64,000 nucleotides of DNA from Mobula birostris (lineage: Eukaryota), in the NCBI RefSeq assembly GCF_030028105.1, contig NC_092387.1, forward strand, positions 37,209,590-37,273,589, given 5' to 3'. The translations under genes and the position numbers were made by a program. Under the pieces are notes generated by a model, which saw only the letters and a program-made list of their open reading frames with translations, ran no database searches and was not told the DNA's origin. This document shows, piece by piece, positions 48,856-61,414 of the stretch (position 1 is the stretch's first letter; the number at the start of each line of letters is the position of its first letter).

Positions 48856-50192
48856 ATTGTGTGCGTGTGTTCGATGCCCTAAATGTGTGCTGAAGCTAAT
48901 ATTAACTGTAATTCAGAAGTGGCAAATAAAGTGCAAAATCGGGGCAGTTGTGCTTTGAGCAGTACTGAAGTAATTTGAGTTCCTTGGGAGAGTTCGAAGG
49001 CAAACCTCAAGTATTATACATTGGCAGCATTTGTCTGCAGAACTTTGGGATAATGGTTAATGCTGTTAAATAGATGAAAGAAATGAAGTGGTGGTGACAA
49101 GAGTAACCAGGATGATGGAAAGTCAAGAGGAAGAAATGGGGGCTGGGGAAGTAAAATTGGCAGAGGAATTGATGAGCTCCTGCGCAGCAGATGCAGATGG
49201 GGCTGGTAAGTGGGGTGACGAGCATCATAGTCAGGCCTAGTAGGTTAGAAAATAAATACTCATTCAACAATACACTAATTACACATGGCATAAATCATAA
49301 TCTTTTAATCTAATTTCCGTGGAAAAGTAAATACCACTCTGCACGTATTGACAATAATTATGTGCACAAAATGTGTGGGGAAGTGATGACAGCATTAGGT
49401 TGAATCACAGCAGGGAACGCCTGGTTCAGTTTCCACACAGCTGGGTTTTTGCCAAGAAGTGTGTGCAAGCTTTGCAGAACTGTGCCCGAAATCATGGCTC
49501 AAAAACAAATGATTTTCATTCTTTGTAGGCAGCTACATTACATCTTGAGTTCTCCATCCTACATATCCTGTGTTCTTTCCCTTCTGTGTTTTTCTGTCTA
49601 TGTTCACTCTTGCTGCCTTGTCTGCTGTGCGGTTATTCCTCTAACACATCTACAGTGCTGATCTGTCTGGAATTATCCATAGCCAGTCTGTTTTTCCTTT
49701 TTCACTCTAAGATGAAGGAGCAGGAAAGTTGTTACCTGGAGGGTTGAGAATCAGGAAAACTCCAACGAGACCATCAGCGGTACCAAGAGTTTTCTTTACA
49801 AGTTGACTTGTAGGAGGAGATGGAACTTAAATGTACTTACCTGGGGTTCAAGAGCAGTACTAATAGATGTGGTTCTGTAGTGAAGACTTCTGAAGTTACC
49901 AGTGCGTAGTCTGGGTACTTCGACCCTACAGCCATTAACTGTGCCATAAGGAGACTTCCCAATCAATGCCTATGCCCAGCAAAACTGGGCCCGCTTGATT
50001 TTTGGCCAGCAACTGCAGCAGTAATGTGAGACAATTGTTTAAATGATCTGTAATCAAAATACTCTGAAGACCCTCATCCGACACTGGATTCTCTAGTTGG
50101 AATTGTGTTTTCTTTGGGGGACATAGATTTCACTGACGCGGCATTTATTGCCCATTCAGAGCTGCATGTTCAAAATTATAAATCTATACATG

Positions 50193-51004
50193 CAGTGGAT
50201 TCCGGTTAATTGGTCCATTGTTTAATAGGGACAGCTGCTTATTTGGAACAACTCTTAAAGAACAAGAACAAATCAAGAAAATAGCCAGGTTCCCTTTGTT
50301 TATTTGTACCACTGTGCGAGTTAATTGGGACAGGATTCTGTTGCCAGTTTGTTAGTTGCATGCACATCGCCTGGCAATTAGACACTACACCATGCTTACA
50401 GTAAACAGTTTTTAAATAGTGTCACTCGCCTGTGTTTGTGTTCAAAAATCAGTGATCTTTGTCACTGATAGTTGGCGAGTAATAAGCAATAAGTTCATTC
50501 AGAACTGTTTCACTCATTGTAGTTTCAAGCATTCAGGCTTGGAGGAATGGCCAGGAGTGAAAATGAAAAGATTTCATTACTTCAACAAGTTAACAAGTTA
50601 GGAACTATAAAGAATTTGAATGTTTTGACAATCATCTTGAATGTTGCAATGAAAATTAAGATTTGGAGGATGCAATCATTGAATGCATTATATGAAGGCA
50701 GTCCATTATCTGCACTAGGCATTTACACTGATTCTGTTCACTTACAGTCACTTAAAAGAACATGGTAGCAAACTTTGGATTAATTCCTATGTTGATAACT
50801 ATTAGGAACTAATGCACAATTTTATAGTAGTTTTGGAAATGTTCTAATTTGTTCTGTATTTCATTTAAATACATAATTTGTTACTCAGCTAAATGGTATG
50901 TTGTCTTTTTTTTATATACCTCTTTAACTATTTCCATGAAACTTCAGCTAATTTGGTGAAAAATATACTGGTCTTGATGTGTGCTAATTAACCAGAATCC
51001 CCTG
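50193..51004. mobile_element. Old non-autonomous Tigger-like DNA transposon
   Basis: Inverted termini cagtggattccggttaattgg and ctaattaaccagaatcccctg, with internal gttaattggg(ac) repeats. The flanking TA has decayed. Confidence 0.65.
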
Positions 51005-52086
51005 CATTTGCTTGTATTTAATGTTGTGATTTGAGCTTGTGTCTTTGGGTCAGTAATCTGGCCTTCTGCATGTCAGTTCAGTAACTTAAACCTTACTCAC
51101 ATTCTGCCACAGCTGTTGCCAGTTAACTCAGCATAAACTTGGGATCTGAGGTACTCCTGGCTTGTGTGTTAGAGATGCAATAGGAATTATATTTAACCCG
51201 TTCTTTCTATGGATACACTCGGCTGTCCACGTGATTTTTAAATAAGGAAAATTCTGACATTACTCTGCTTCCTCACAGCCTCTCATCTTTCTCCATTGCA
51301 GCCATCACCATCCATTCACCCCTTCTCATATGCTTAATTCCCTGTCCCCTGTATTAAATATTCAGCCTTACTCCTTGATCATCCATGCTGAATCCTTGTA
51401 CCTTGCTATTTCTTTCAAATACTGCATTTAGTATTTGGCTTAAGTTAATAGTTTCCATCTGGCATTTCATCCAGAAATGAGTGTACAAACTAAGGCTGAT
51501 ACCCCTGTGATAATATTGACTTGGTGCTGTGGCATGGAAGGTGACTTCTTCAGATAAAGTACTGAACTTAGCATTTACTGCTTCGGATTTAAAAGATCCC
51601 GTGCTACTCGTTGAGAGCAAGGGAGTTCCCGTTGGTAGCCTAGCCAATTAGTATCTATCAACCAACTGCATTCATTGCAAATAATTGCAGCCAGAGGGAA
51701 AATAATCACCTATATTTCAGCACTTGAATCCACCATGGTTTGTCAACAGTGGAGACTATAAGGCTATAACAAAAAACATGTAGATCATCTGAGGAGGTGA
51801 AAGGTGCTACAGAAATTCAAATTCTTTCTAATTACTTTATGAAACTGGCATCTGTCAAAATTTAATTGAGAACATGAAACCAGTCTCTTATCATGGGGCT
51901 CTTCCTCACTGGGAGTGATTAGGAGTGTTGTTGGATTATAACTGCTTTGACCTTAACTGGGAAGCCTGTTTTAATCTTTGAAACTGATGCATTCTCCTAC
52001 CCTTTGACTCAACACATGCTTCTGATGACTTGACTTAAAATAATTCACGCACCAAAATGTTGACCTTTGTCTCTCTCTTCTTCCAG

Positions 52087-52118
52087 GGGACGAAGCTCAA
52101 TTTGAGATGGATATCTAA
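52087..52118 (+). CDS. EIF4EBP2: eIF4E-binding protein, coding exon 3
   Basis: Strong polypyrimidine tract ending ttccag. Reads (G)DEAQFEMDI-TAA, with the C-terminal TOS motif FEMDI. Total protein is 112 aa. Confidence 0.96.
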
Positions 52119-55100
52119 ACTCTCCACGTACTGCAGACTCCGCTTCTCAATGCTTTGAAGACCTGGCTTGTGGTTCCTAATGCACAGGCCTTTGCCGTGG
52201 TACACAAGCTCTCCTGAAATCTGCCAAAAAAAAGTTGAATACAAATGATTTTCGCCTGTGGTTAACCCTGCAACGTTTATACTTTGTCTATGACCTTAAA
52301 TCATGTTGTTTTTGAAGCAAAATAAGTTGGTCCCAATTTTCTGCTGGATATTTGGATAAAGTTGGGGATATAATCTTTTGAAAATGGGAAAGGTAACATT
52401 TTGTTTAATGGACAAACAAAAGCTATTTTTAAAACTTTGTACACAAAGCTATCTTGAAGCATTTCCCATTATATAATACTGTATATATCTAGCATCTGAT
52501 ATTTGTTTCATTACTAATTGAGTTCAAAAGCAATTTTGGTACAAAGCCATAGCTGTATAATCTTATTTTTAGAACATTGTGGAATGTCATATTGAGTTCA
52601 GCAAGAACTCACAATAAGCTCCTAGCTTAACTTTTTTTAATTGCAATCCCTGGAATTCCCAAGTCATTGTTTTTGTTTTAAATCTGATGTTCCACGTTTT
52701 TGTTTTTAAAAGAAATGTCTTTTGTCAGTGAAGTCACTGCTCCATTGGGCGTTTCTGATGTTCTGAGGGTTTTCCATTACTTCATCTTCACGTTCCGTTT
52801 GGGGCACTTACCCCACTGCACTTCCCTGTTGTGAGCAGGGAGTGCAAGTTTAGGCAAGATGAAATTCAGCAAGTATCTCGGACCTGAGTTGCAAACATCT
52901 GAGTGTTTAAGCTTGACAAAATCTGCAGTTATTAGCAGATCATCAGGAGCTGTGAAGTAACACTAGATTTGAAACCATATTGTTGAAATGAAAATAAATG
53001 GGCCTGTCTTGTATTTAATTACTGGGAATAATGAGATACTGTGTTGCTTGCATTGGGTTGGTTCTATGTACTACTAGGCTGGAGAGAGTAGTATGTCCTT
53101 GGCTTTTTAAAAAAAAAAAACACCATGTAACATTTTTCCACATTTAACTGTTTAAGTTGATGAGATTTTAGTGTTTATTATTAAACTTGATATTGTGGAG
53201 AGTGATCTGAAACCTGGTCCACTGAAGCTGCTTTCAATGGGCAGGAGAACAGCGTAGGAAGATGTAATGCTGTCTTGCGTTGCCCTATGAAAGCTGCTAG
53301 GGTATGTTGGAGCTGAAGTTAATTGATTTAAAAACATGGAGAGAACTGGTTAAAAGCACATCAGGTCTGTTAGTAGATAATTTGAGGGGGGGGGGGGTGT
53401 TTGGAAGCCCTCCTTTGGAGCTTTTGATGATAAAATGCCCCAGTCCCAATATAGGCCATCCAACCCATCAAGTTTCTTTCTATGATTGTTCCTGTAACAA
53501 ACTAATCCCACTCATCTCTCCCCACATTGTATGTTAAAGTTTCTTTACTTTTTTTTAAGGAAAGTAGTATTCTCTTCATGATTTGTGGGGTTCTGGTAAT
53601 AGTGTGTAGAATTACACGTTGTAATTGGATTCCTTGGTTGAAAGATGCTCTGGATCTTTGATTGTCTTTCTGCTTGACAGTTGCAGATTGACAGTTTCTA
53701 ATGTTTACTGTTCCTTGGAGAAGTACAGCACAGGAAACAGGCCCTTAGGCCCATCTTGCCATGATTTGATGGGGATTTTGTTTTTAATGGGGTTCATGGC
53801 AAGGTGTCACTGCGTGGCTCCCATAATTAGCTGGTTAATACTCTTGGATAAATTAATTAAACTCAGCTGCTCAGGTATTTTGACTCTGGATAACAACTCA
53901 AATGGCAAGAAAAGGTGTTGTAGTCAATTATGATTTATTCTTATTATTTGTTGGGACAAGTGGAACATTGGTCCAATAACTACAATGCAGGGTTCTGTGA
54001 TTCTTCTTATCGTAAAATAATGATTCCTTGGATTGGAAGTGGTGCTTGTGTCATCTTTTTATAGAGACCTATTATTAGCTGCTTGTTACACTGATAATGT
54101 TTTTTATATATTTTAAACTCAAGTAGACCTCACCTGACTGTGACAATCACTTTCACAGAAATAATCTCAAAATTATGTGGCTTTTCTTTCAGAGTTTGAC
54201 TGCTTGTTGTCCCTTTTGTTACGCTTTTCCTCCCGCACACTGTCAGAGATGATCCCGCTTTCATTGCCACTTCCTGCTACAACCTTGGCTCAAACCTCCA
54301 TCTGTGGCACAGATTGGGCAGGGCGTAATGAAAGTTGTAGCCGAAAGCTGGGCCAGATCTTGTTTTCCTGCACCTCCTGAAAGCTGGTGACTGAGACTAC
54401 ACTATAACGAAGCATCTTCACCAGTTTGTGGCTTTGCCTATCTGATAAATGCAAATTAACATTCATCAGATTGTGTCCTTACTCCACAGTAAGGGCAACA
54501 GGAGTACTATCAGTACAATTCCTGTAATTCTTCAATGCTTTTACTTCTAATTATTCTCATCCTGCAAGCATTGATTTATTTGGTGTGTGATTCTTGTCTA
54601 ATGGCAGCTATTTCATATTCTTCCTCAAACTGCAGTTTTATAATGCCATGCTTTTTTATTTCAATTTTTGCCTCATTTGAAGATAACTCGAGTGCCCCCA
54701 ATCCTCTAATGTTATTGCGCAGACTTTAAACTGTTCGACTCACACTCTGCATTTTCAATTCTCTATCATTGGCCTGCAACCCAGCAAGATACCTTTACAA
54801 ATTTTTGTCTACCTTCCCTCTATATATTGAAAGAACAAGTCTATTTGATTGCATGTTTTCTCCCCTGGCCTTCTGGTTTCCTTTCACTTGGCACATGCTG
54901 ATAGATTAATTGGTTATTACAAATTATCCCAGAGTAAATAGGTAATGAGGGTTTGGGGGGAAGTACTGGTCAAACGAGAGAAATTGGTGGGGTAATCAGA
55001 TTCATTGGAGAGCTGGCATGGACTTGATGGGTTGAATGTCTTCCTACATTGTAAAGAAATGTAGTACTTGAAATTCAGTAGCAAGTCACCTGCTCTCAAC

Positions 55101-56330
55101 TATCTTTGGGAAACCATACTCAACATTGATGGTCCTGGATTAACCTTAAGACAGTTCTGTAGATTTCATTGTTAGCTGATGTGTGAGAATTAAAAATAGA
55201 AATTCAAATTAATAATAAATCCCTTTGTACACTTGAGGATTTCCTAGGTAATATTCTGAGTGAACACTGCCATATCCAGAGGAATCTCACTTTCATCACA
55301 AAGAGTAGTTTGAAAGAACATTAGCATAATGCACAAGCTGTGTGAATGTTGGCTTTTGTGCTCAGCTAAGTTCCATGATGATAGGACAAGTTTGGATTGG
55401 TGGTAGAAAACCTACGTCACTAACAGTAAGGGCAGCTGCCTGCTTGCTTTGATCCTTGCCATAATGTCATGAGTGTTATTTATTTTGTTTTGCTCTATTT
55501 CAATTTATAATTGGATAGAGTCTGAGCCCAGACTGAATATCTGCAGCTCTTTCAAAGCAGAAATGTTACTTTGATGTTTTTTTTTAAATTGATGCGCCTC
55601 GTTTAAAACCGCTAGGTACGGACTTGGGTTCTGCTCCACTTCACGGGCATATTCCTGGAGAGATCATCACATGACTGACCACCTCAACCATGTGGTGTAC
55701 TGTGGTGTGTCTGGTTGGAAAGCGGATAGTTTGCACATCCCCTGGTTTGGATGATTCCTCAGTCTCGTTCAAAAAGCCCTACTTCCATATCAAATACAAT
55801 TGTTCAAAGCAGATTTAAGATAAAACAATTCTTTTGTTGATTCAGTAATCTGGGAAGTGTTAAATGAGAATAAAAATGGGGTTAATGTAGGATTAGTGTA
55901 ACTGGATGGTTGATGGACACCATGGGCCAAGAAGTCTGTTTCCATGATGTACCTCCTTGATTAGTTCTTTCTCCTGGGTTGCTCCAATAGTACCCATAAC
56001 TCTTAATCTTTGTTTCTTGGGAACTCCAGAGCAATCCTGGATGGTCGGTTTTCCAAGAAGTTGATAGAAAGTCATTAGATTATTACCACCTCCCTGGCTT
56101 TGGGCACCAACTTCAGGCAAGCACTGAATTGATGGCCACTTTTTCATTTTGATGGTGGCAGCTTCTTTATTCTAATCCTCTTATCAAATCAACCTGTTGG
56201 CAAGCTGTATGTAGTTGAGTGGTGCTATGGGTGCATTGATGCAACTTGGATTTACCATCAATGGAAAAGAAAAATCTTTGTATGGAATAATAATTCCAAA
56301 AAAAAATAAACTTTATCCTTTTATATTGAA
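52119..56330 (+). other. Probable long 3' UTR of the 4E-BP gene with candidate polyA signals
   Basis: U-rich and nearly TE-free. AATAAA occurs at 52993-52998 and 56305-56310, and TGTATATA (Pumilio-type element) at 52480-52487. The true end cannot be fixed from sequence. Confidence 0.45.
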
Positions 56331-56618
56331 TTTTGAACAATAGTCCAGTTTCATGTGATTTTTAAAAATGTTTTGGAGTGTTAAAAGTTTAGTGTGTTAT
56401 TTGAAATATATGGTTTGTCATGCCAGTTAATTGAATGCCAGAAGATCTTTGGCTTGCAACATGAATTCACAGAACATTTTATCCTTCTGAGGAAATTTGA
56501 AATAAATACTGGAGATTACATATTATAGGCAAGGATTGATGCCATTATCCTGGCCAGTGTCATTAAACAATTGCAGGAATTTACAATCAAAAGAGACACC
56601 TGAAAAATATGGCGATAG

Positions 56619-56658
56619 CGGGATAATTCCTGAGCCTTGGGATAATTCCTGAGCCTTG
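56619..56658. repeat. Short tandem duplication
   Basis: gggataattcctgagccttg occurs twice in tandem. Confidence 0.8.
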
Positions 56659-57377
56659 TTATAATGGCTTCCTACAAGTCTTATTGTATTTCTTTGAACT
56701 TCTGTACAACCTGGTTGAGAGTCTGGCTATGCACCACAAACAAGAGGACATTAAGCCCCATAGACCATGATGTTCCAAATTTAATTGCACTCTCTGTGTA
56801 TGCCGGTTGCAATGCTGGATGGAGAAAAACCGTAAACTCTTAAGTAACTACTCTTCTTAATGGTGAGGAGGGAGGGATGGAAAAGTGGTTGATATTCTTT
56901 TTTAATGGGTGGTAATTCTGTCATGTTTCCGTATAGAAATTTTGAGTTGAGCGTCAGAGGATTATAACTTACTGAAGCATAATGCTGCATAGTATCCTGG
57001 TATTGGTTAGAAAATTAAGGGCATATATTTGCTATGTGGTTTAAGGAATTAGATGAAACCTTTTTGACCACAGTCAAAAATTCAACAGTTTAGTTTGATG
57101 CTCAAAAGAGATTAACTTCAATAATGAAGTACTCCATAAGTGTTGGCTTGAATTAATGCAAATAGTAATCTGTTTGTATGCTCTCTGCCAGGTAGACAAA
57201 ATATTCTAAGCAGTTTTTGAAAACCAAGTAGGGATTCTCTCAATTTTCTGGCAATTGTTTATTATCAATATTAAAGAAAATTATCCAGAACAATTTGAGA
57301 AAGTTTTCTTTGTCTGTATTAGTTTCTCGTACTGCAGTTGTCTGTAATCTGCTTTGGGATATCAGGAAAATATCCTA

Positions 57378-57660
57378 ATAGTCATAGTCATACTTCATTG
57401 ATCCCGGGGGAAATTGGTTTTCGTTACAGTTGCACCATAAATAATAGTAATAGAACCATAAATAGTTAAATAGTAATATGTAAATTATGCCAGTAAATTA
57501 TGAAATAAATCCAGGACCAGCCTATCAGCTCAGGGTGTCTGACCCTCCAAGGGAGGAGTTGTAAAGTTTGATGGCCACAGGCAGGAATGACTTCCTGTGA
57601 CGCTCTGTGCTGCATCTCGGTGGAATGAGTCTCTGGCTGAATGTACTTCTGTACCCACCA
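57378..57660 (-). mobile_element. Young Rex1/Babar LINE 3' end
   Basis: Translation RSTFSQRLIPPRCSTERHRKSFLPVAIKLYNSSLGGSDTL. Near-identical to 24715-24996. Confidence 0.88.
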
Positions 57661-58899
57661 AATTCAGGTCTATAATGTATGTTTTTATTTTTAATAAGAC
57701 TGAGAAAGCAGCAATACCTGGAATAAAATGTCACAAAAAATGGAGCATGACTAGAAACAGTGGATGATAACCAAATGTTTGGAGAATTCACTAGGATTTT
57801 AAAAGTGCTATGAAGGACAGATTGCAGATTTAGGGAGAGAATTCCAGATCTTAAGGTGATTTAAGAAAAATTTTCTCTTGGGGCATTTAGAAAAAAACCC
57901 CACAAATCTACTACAATGAAATGGTTAAAATGTTTTTGTAAGATACAAATAAGGTTTAAAAAATGAAAAGATAAATTCCAATATCGCCTAACCTAATGAG
58001 ATGGTTTCATTTCAGATTCTCACTAACAAGATCCCAAACCTGAGATACCCCTGGGTTGTAAGGCCTAACAATGCACAAGTTCTGATATTTTCATACACTG
58101 AAGATACTGAAAGCTTTTATCAAGTATAGACTCCACTATTTACATTAGTGCAAACTGGATTGCTTTGCTGTTTGTGATGATTAGGGAAAATTAATTTTCT
58201 CTTCAAAGAGATAAATGATGTGGTTGGAAATTACAAAAAGTATTTTGGAACAGAGGGGCCAGAGGAGACAAGTAATTAACCAACGGGCCTGTGCCATCAG
58301 TCATTTGAATTGTGATTGACCTACATCTTCAATTTACTTTGACTTGCCTAACAAAATGATAATGTTTTTCCAAATTCTCTCAGAGGTGCACTGTTGGCCA
58401 AATTTTGAGTCATGAAAGAGAGGTTAGAACTATTTCAGGAATAGGTATGCTGCTTAAAAGGTGAAGGGAAAGTTGGGAGAAAATCTTGCAGATGGACTTC
58501 CAGAACTTGGTCTATATAGCTGAAGTCAATACCTGCCAAGATTTTAAAAAACACTAAACTCTGGAATTCCTCCCCTAAAACTTGCGCTTCTTCAATTCTT
58601 ATACTCATTATGAATTTCCCTAATATCTAACTCCTCAACTCATCTTTATTTAAGCCCAATTTAATCTTTTCATTGTGTCCAATTCTGATGATAAATACAA
58701 TCTTCAGCTTATCCAAACTTGCAGGAGTTAGTTGTTCGTATCTTAAGAGAGATTTGCAGAAATGTAATTCTGATATTTCGTTTCCATTAATATGCTTCAT
58801 GGGAAATTGACCCAATTTCTGTTAAATATATCATTAAATAATTAATGAAATAAGTTAAATAAATAGAAATTTGGACCAATAACAAAAAGGTGGGTTGAG

Positions 58900-59160
58900 G
58901 AGGTAGATATTAGTTAGCACAATGCTTTACAGTACCAGCAACCTGGGGTTCAATTCCTGCCGCTCCCTGTAAGGAGTTTGTATGAAACCCACTGTGTGGG
59001 TTTCCTCTGGGTGCTCCAGTTTCCTTAGTGTTCAAAGATGTACCGGTTGTTAGGTTAATTGGTCATTGTAAGCCAACCTGTGATTAGGTGAGGATTAAAT
59101 CAGGATTTATGGGCGGCAAGGCTTGAAGGGCGAGAAGGACCTATTTCGCACTGTATAAAT
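58900..59160 (+). mobile_element. HE1/V-SINE-like element
   Basis: ggggttcaattcc...ctgtaaggagtttgta...tgggtttcctctgggtgctccagtttcc. Confidence 0.7.
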
Positions 59161-59729
59161 ATTAGTGAGAGGCATAATGAGTGGAAGAGTTGAAAACAAA
59201 ACAACATTTTTGGGAAGGAATTCCAGGGTATGATTTTGGCAACAGAAGGATTATTTGCTATCATGAAATGACTAAATTTGGGGCCAGTTGAAAGACTAGC
59301 GTTGGAGTGCATGTATCTTTTAGGCTTATAAATCAGGAAGTAATTGTTTCAATGGAAGAGCAAGAAATATTTTAAAAAAGTGATCTGTTACAGGAAAGTT
59401 ATTAAAATGTATTGGTTTAAACTTTGGTCCAGCTCCCAACATTTCTACCAACTCCCATGGTCTGAAATGTTTTTAATCTGTAGTGTAGATATATACCAAT
59501 TAATTCTAACTTAGATCCAAAGTTAACTAAGAACTGTCCTATTCTGTGGCTAATGACCTACCAGAACATCTTTTGCAATCTCAGCCAATAAGCCTTTCCA
59601 GCTAAAGAAGTTTCAGGTTACAAACAGCTTTTTCTGCAGCCGTATATAACGCAAAACATGATCGGGGAAATTTCTGTGGTCTGCAGCTGTCAGGTCCTAA
59701 GGGTGCCTGAGTGATTCAACCTATATAAA

Positions 59730-59910
59730 GAAAACAGAAAGTGCTGGAAACACAACAGTTCAGGGAGCGTCTGTGGAAAGAAAAACAAAGTTAGTGTTTC
59801 AGATCAAAAGCTGTTTTCTTCCAGAGATGCTGCCTGACCTGTTGAAAACTTCCAACATCATCTGTTTTCCTTCAAATTTCCAAGACCTACATCTTTGTTT
59901 GTTTTTCTCT
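59730..59910. mobile_element. Old inverted pair of PLE pLTR ends
   Basis: aaaacagaaagtgctggaaa...cagggagcgtctgtggaaag is mirrored by cttccagagatgctgcctga...ttccaacatcatctgtttt. Confidence 0.55.
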
Positions 59911-61094
59911 TGAAATCTATGATTACCTGAATGAGTGCTCAGACATTTGAAGTAATTAGATGAAGCCAAACCCGAATTTTAACTTTTTTGTTTCTGGAAG
60001 GGGGTAGAGTGGAGGAAATAATCTATAAATTAAACATTTAAAATCCCAATAGATGTAATTTATATGCATTTCCAGAATGTTTTGAAAATTCTGAGCTAAC
60101 ATTAAAGCAAATTGGCTTGGTTATTGAACTAGTTTGGTGGCAAAGAGAGGGTGTAGATCATAGATATGCACTCAGAATGGGGGGAAAAAGTGATCTGACT
60201 TGTGGCATGCAATGGTTGGGGGCATTTTACTAATTGCCCTGGCAATCTTTTTACTAGCCAATAAAAATTAACCACCACATCGATCAGTATTTTCCCCAAT
60301 TTACTATCAAGAAGTTGTGGATTTTTTTCTAGCTGTTGGGAATCTCCAGTTAATATGGAAATATGCTGTTACTCCAGATCATGTTGGATTCTACTGACTG
60401 CTTTGCTGTACATTAGTTACCAGATTATTAAATTTACTTTGTTTTAGGCAAGACAATTCTTCTCTGTTCTCTGTTTGCTATCATCAGACTGGCCTATTCT
60501 AATGCTTTAACTTGCTTTTCCTGAAAGTTGAGTTCAACTAAAATTCTTCTACCGTCCTAATTTACACCGTGCCTACTCCAAGCATGCTGACCTAAATTGG
60601 CTTCTTTTTGAGCAGCATCAAAGTAAAAATTCACATCTCTTTTCTTCAAATCTTTCCATGCCTTCCGCCAAATCCGGCTAAAAGTTCTGTAAAGCACTGT
60701 GAAGTCAGCCTTTGCTCAGATCTGACATTATATTATCAGCAGATGTCTTTATCGTGCCCCTACATTTGAATCCAGTTGATATGGAACCAAACTGGTAACA
60801 AACTTCCAATCACAAAAATATGCAAAGCATTAGCCTTTGCTCACTGATACTGGACATGTTTTGGGTACAGTTGGCCATTATCTGTAAGACCCAAGACCTT
60901 TTATCTGTTTGACCTGCCTGCTATGTGGGACATTGTCAGAAGCTTGCTAAAATACATATACTGTAGATTATATCCAACCTACTGGCCTCACTTACTCAAA
61001 AATCAGTAAATTTAAACATGATGTTCCCTCAATAAATCCATGTTAACTGTCCTGGTTAGCTGGTGCTTCCCTAAGTGAATTTTGCCCCAATCCT

Positions 61095-61405
61095 ATGGGT
61101 CCCTGTCTCTTTCCCTTTATGTATATCTTCTGTTAGATTCCATCATCTTCAACCCTTTATCATTTACACTTAACACAGTGCTTTAGAGCTTGTTGCATCA
61201 TTCCCACTCCCTCCCTCACCTGCCTATTATGCCTCCTCCACCAGGGTCCACCTCTCACCTGCCAGCTCTTGCTCCAACACAACACTCACACCATTTTATA
61301 CTGGCTATGTCTTTCTTTCCAGTCCTTCTGGATCTGAAACATCCACTATCCATTTCCTTCCAAGGATGCTGCCTGACCTACTAAGTCCCTCCAGCTTGTG
61401 TTGCC
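61095..61405 (+). mobile_element. Old PLE 3' UTR/pLTR relic (hammerhead partly deleted)
   Basis: ttagattccatcatcttc...ttccagtcc...tgaaacatccact...gatgctgcctgacc. Confidence 0.6.
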
Positions 61406-61414
61406 CTCCTTCCT

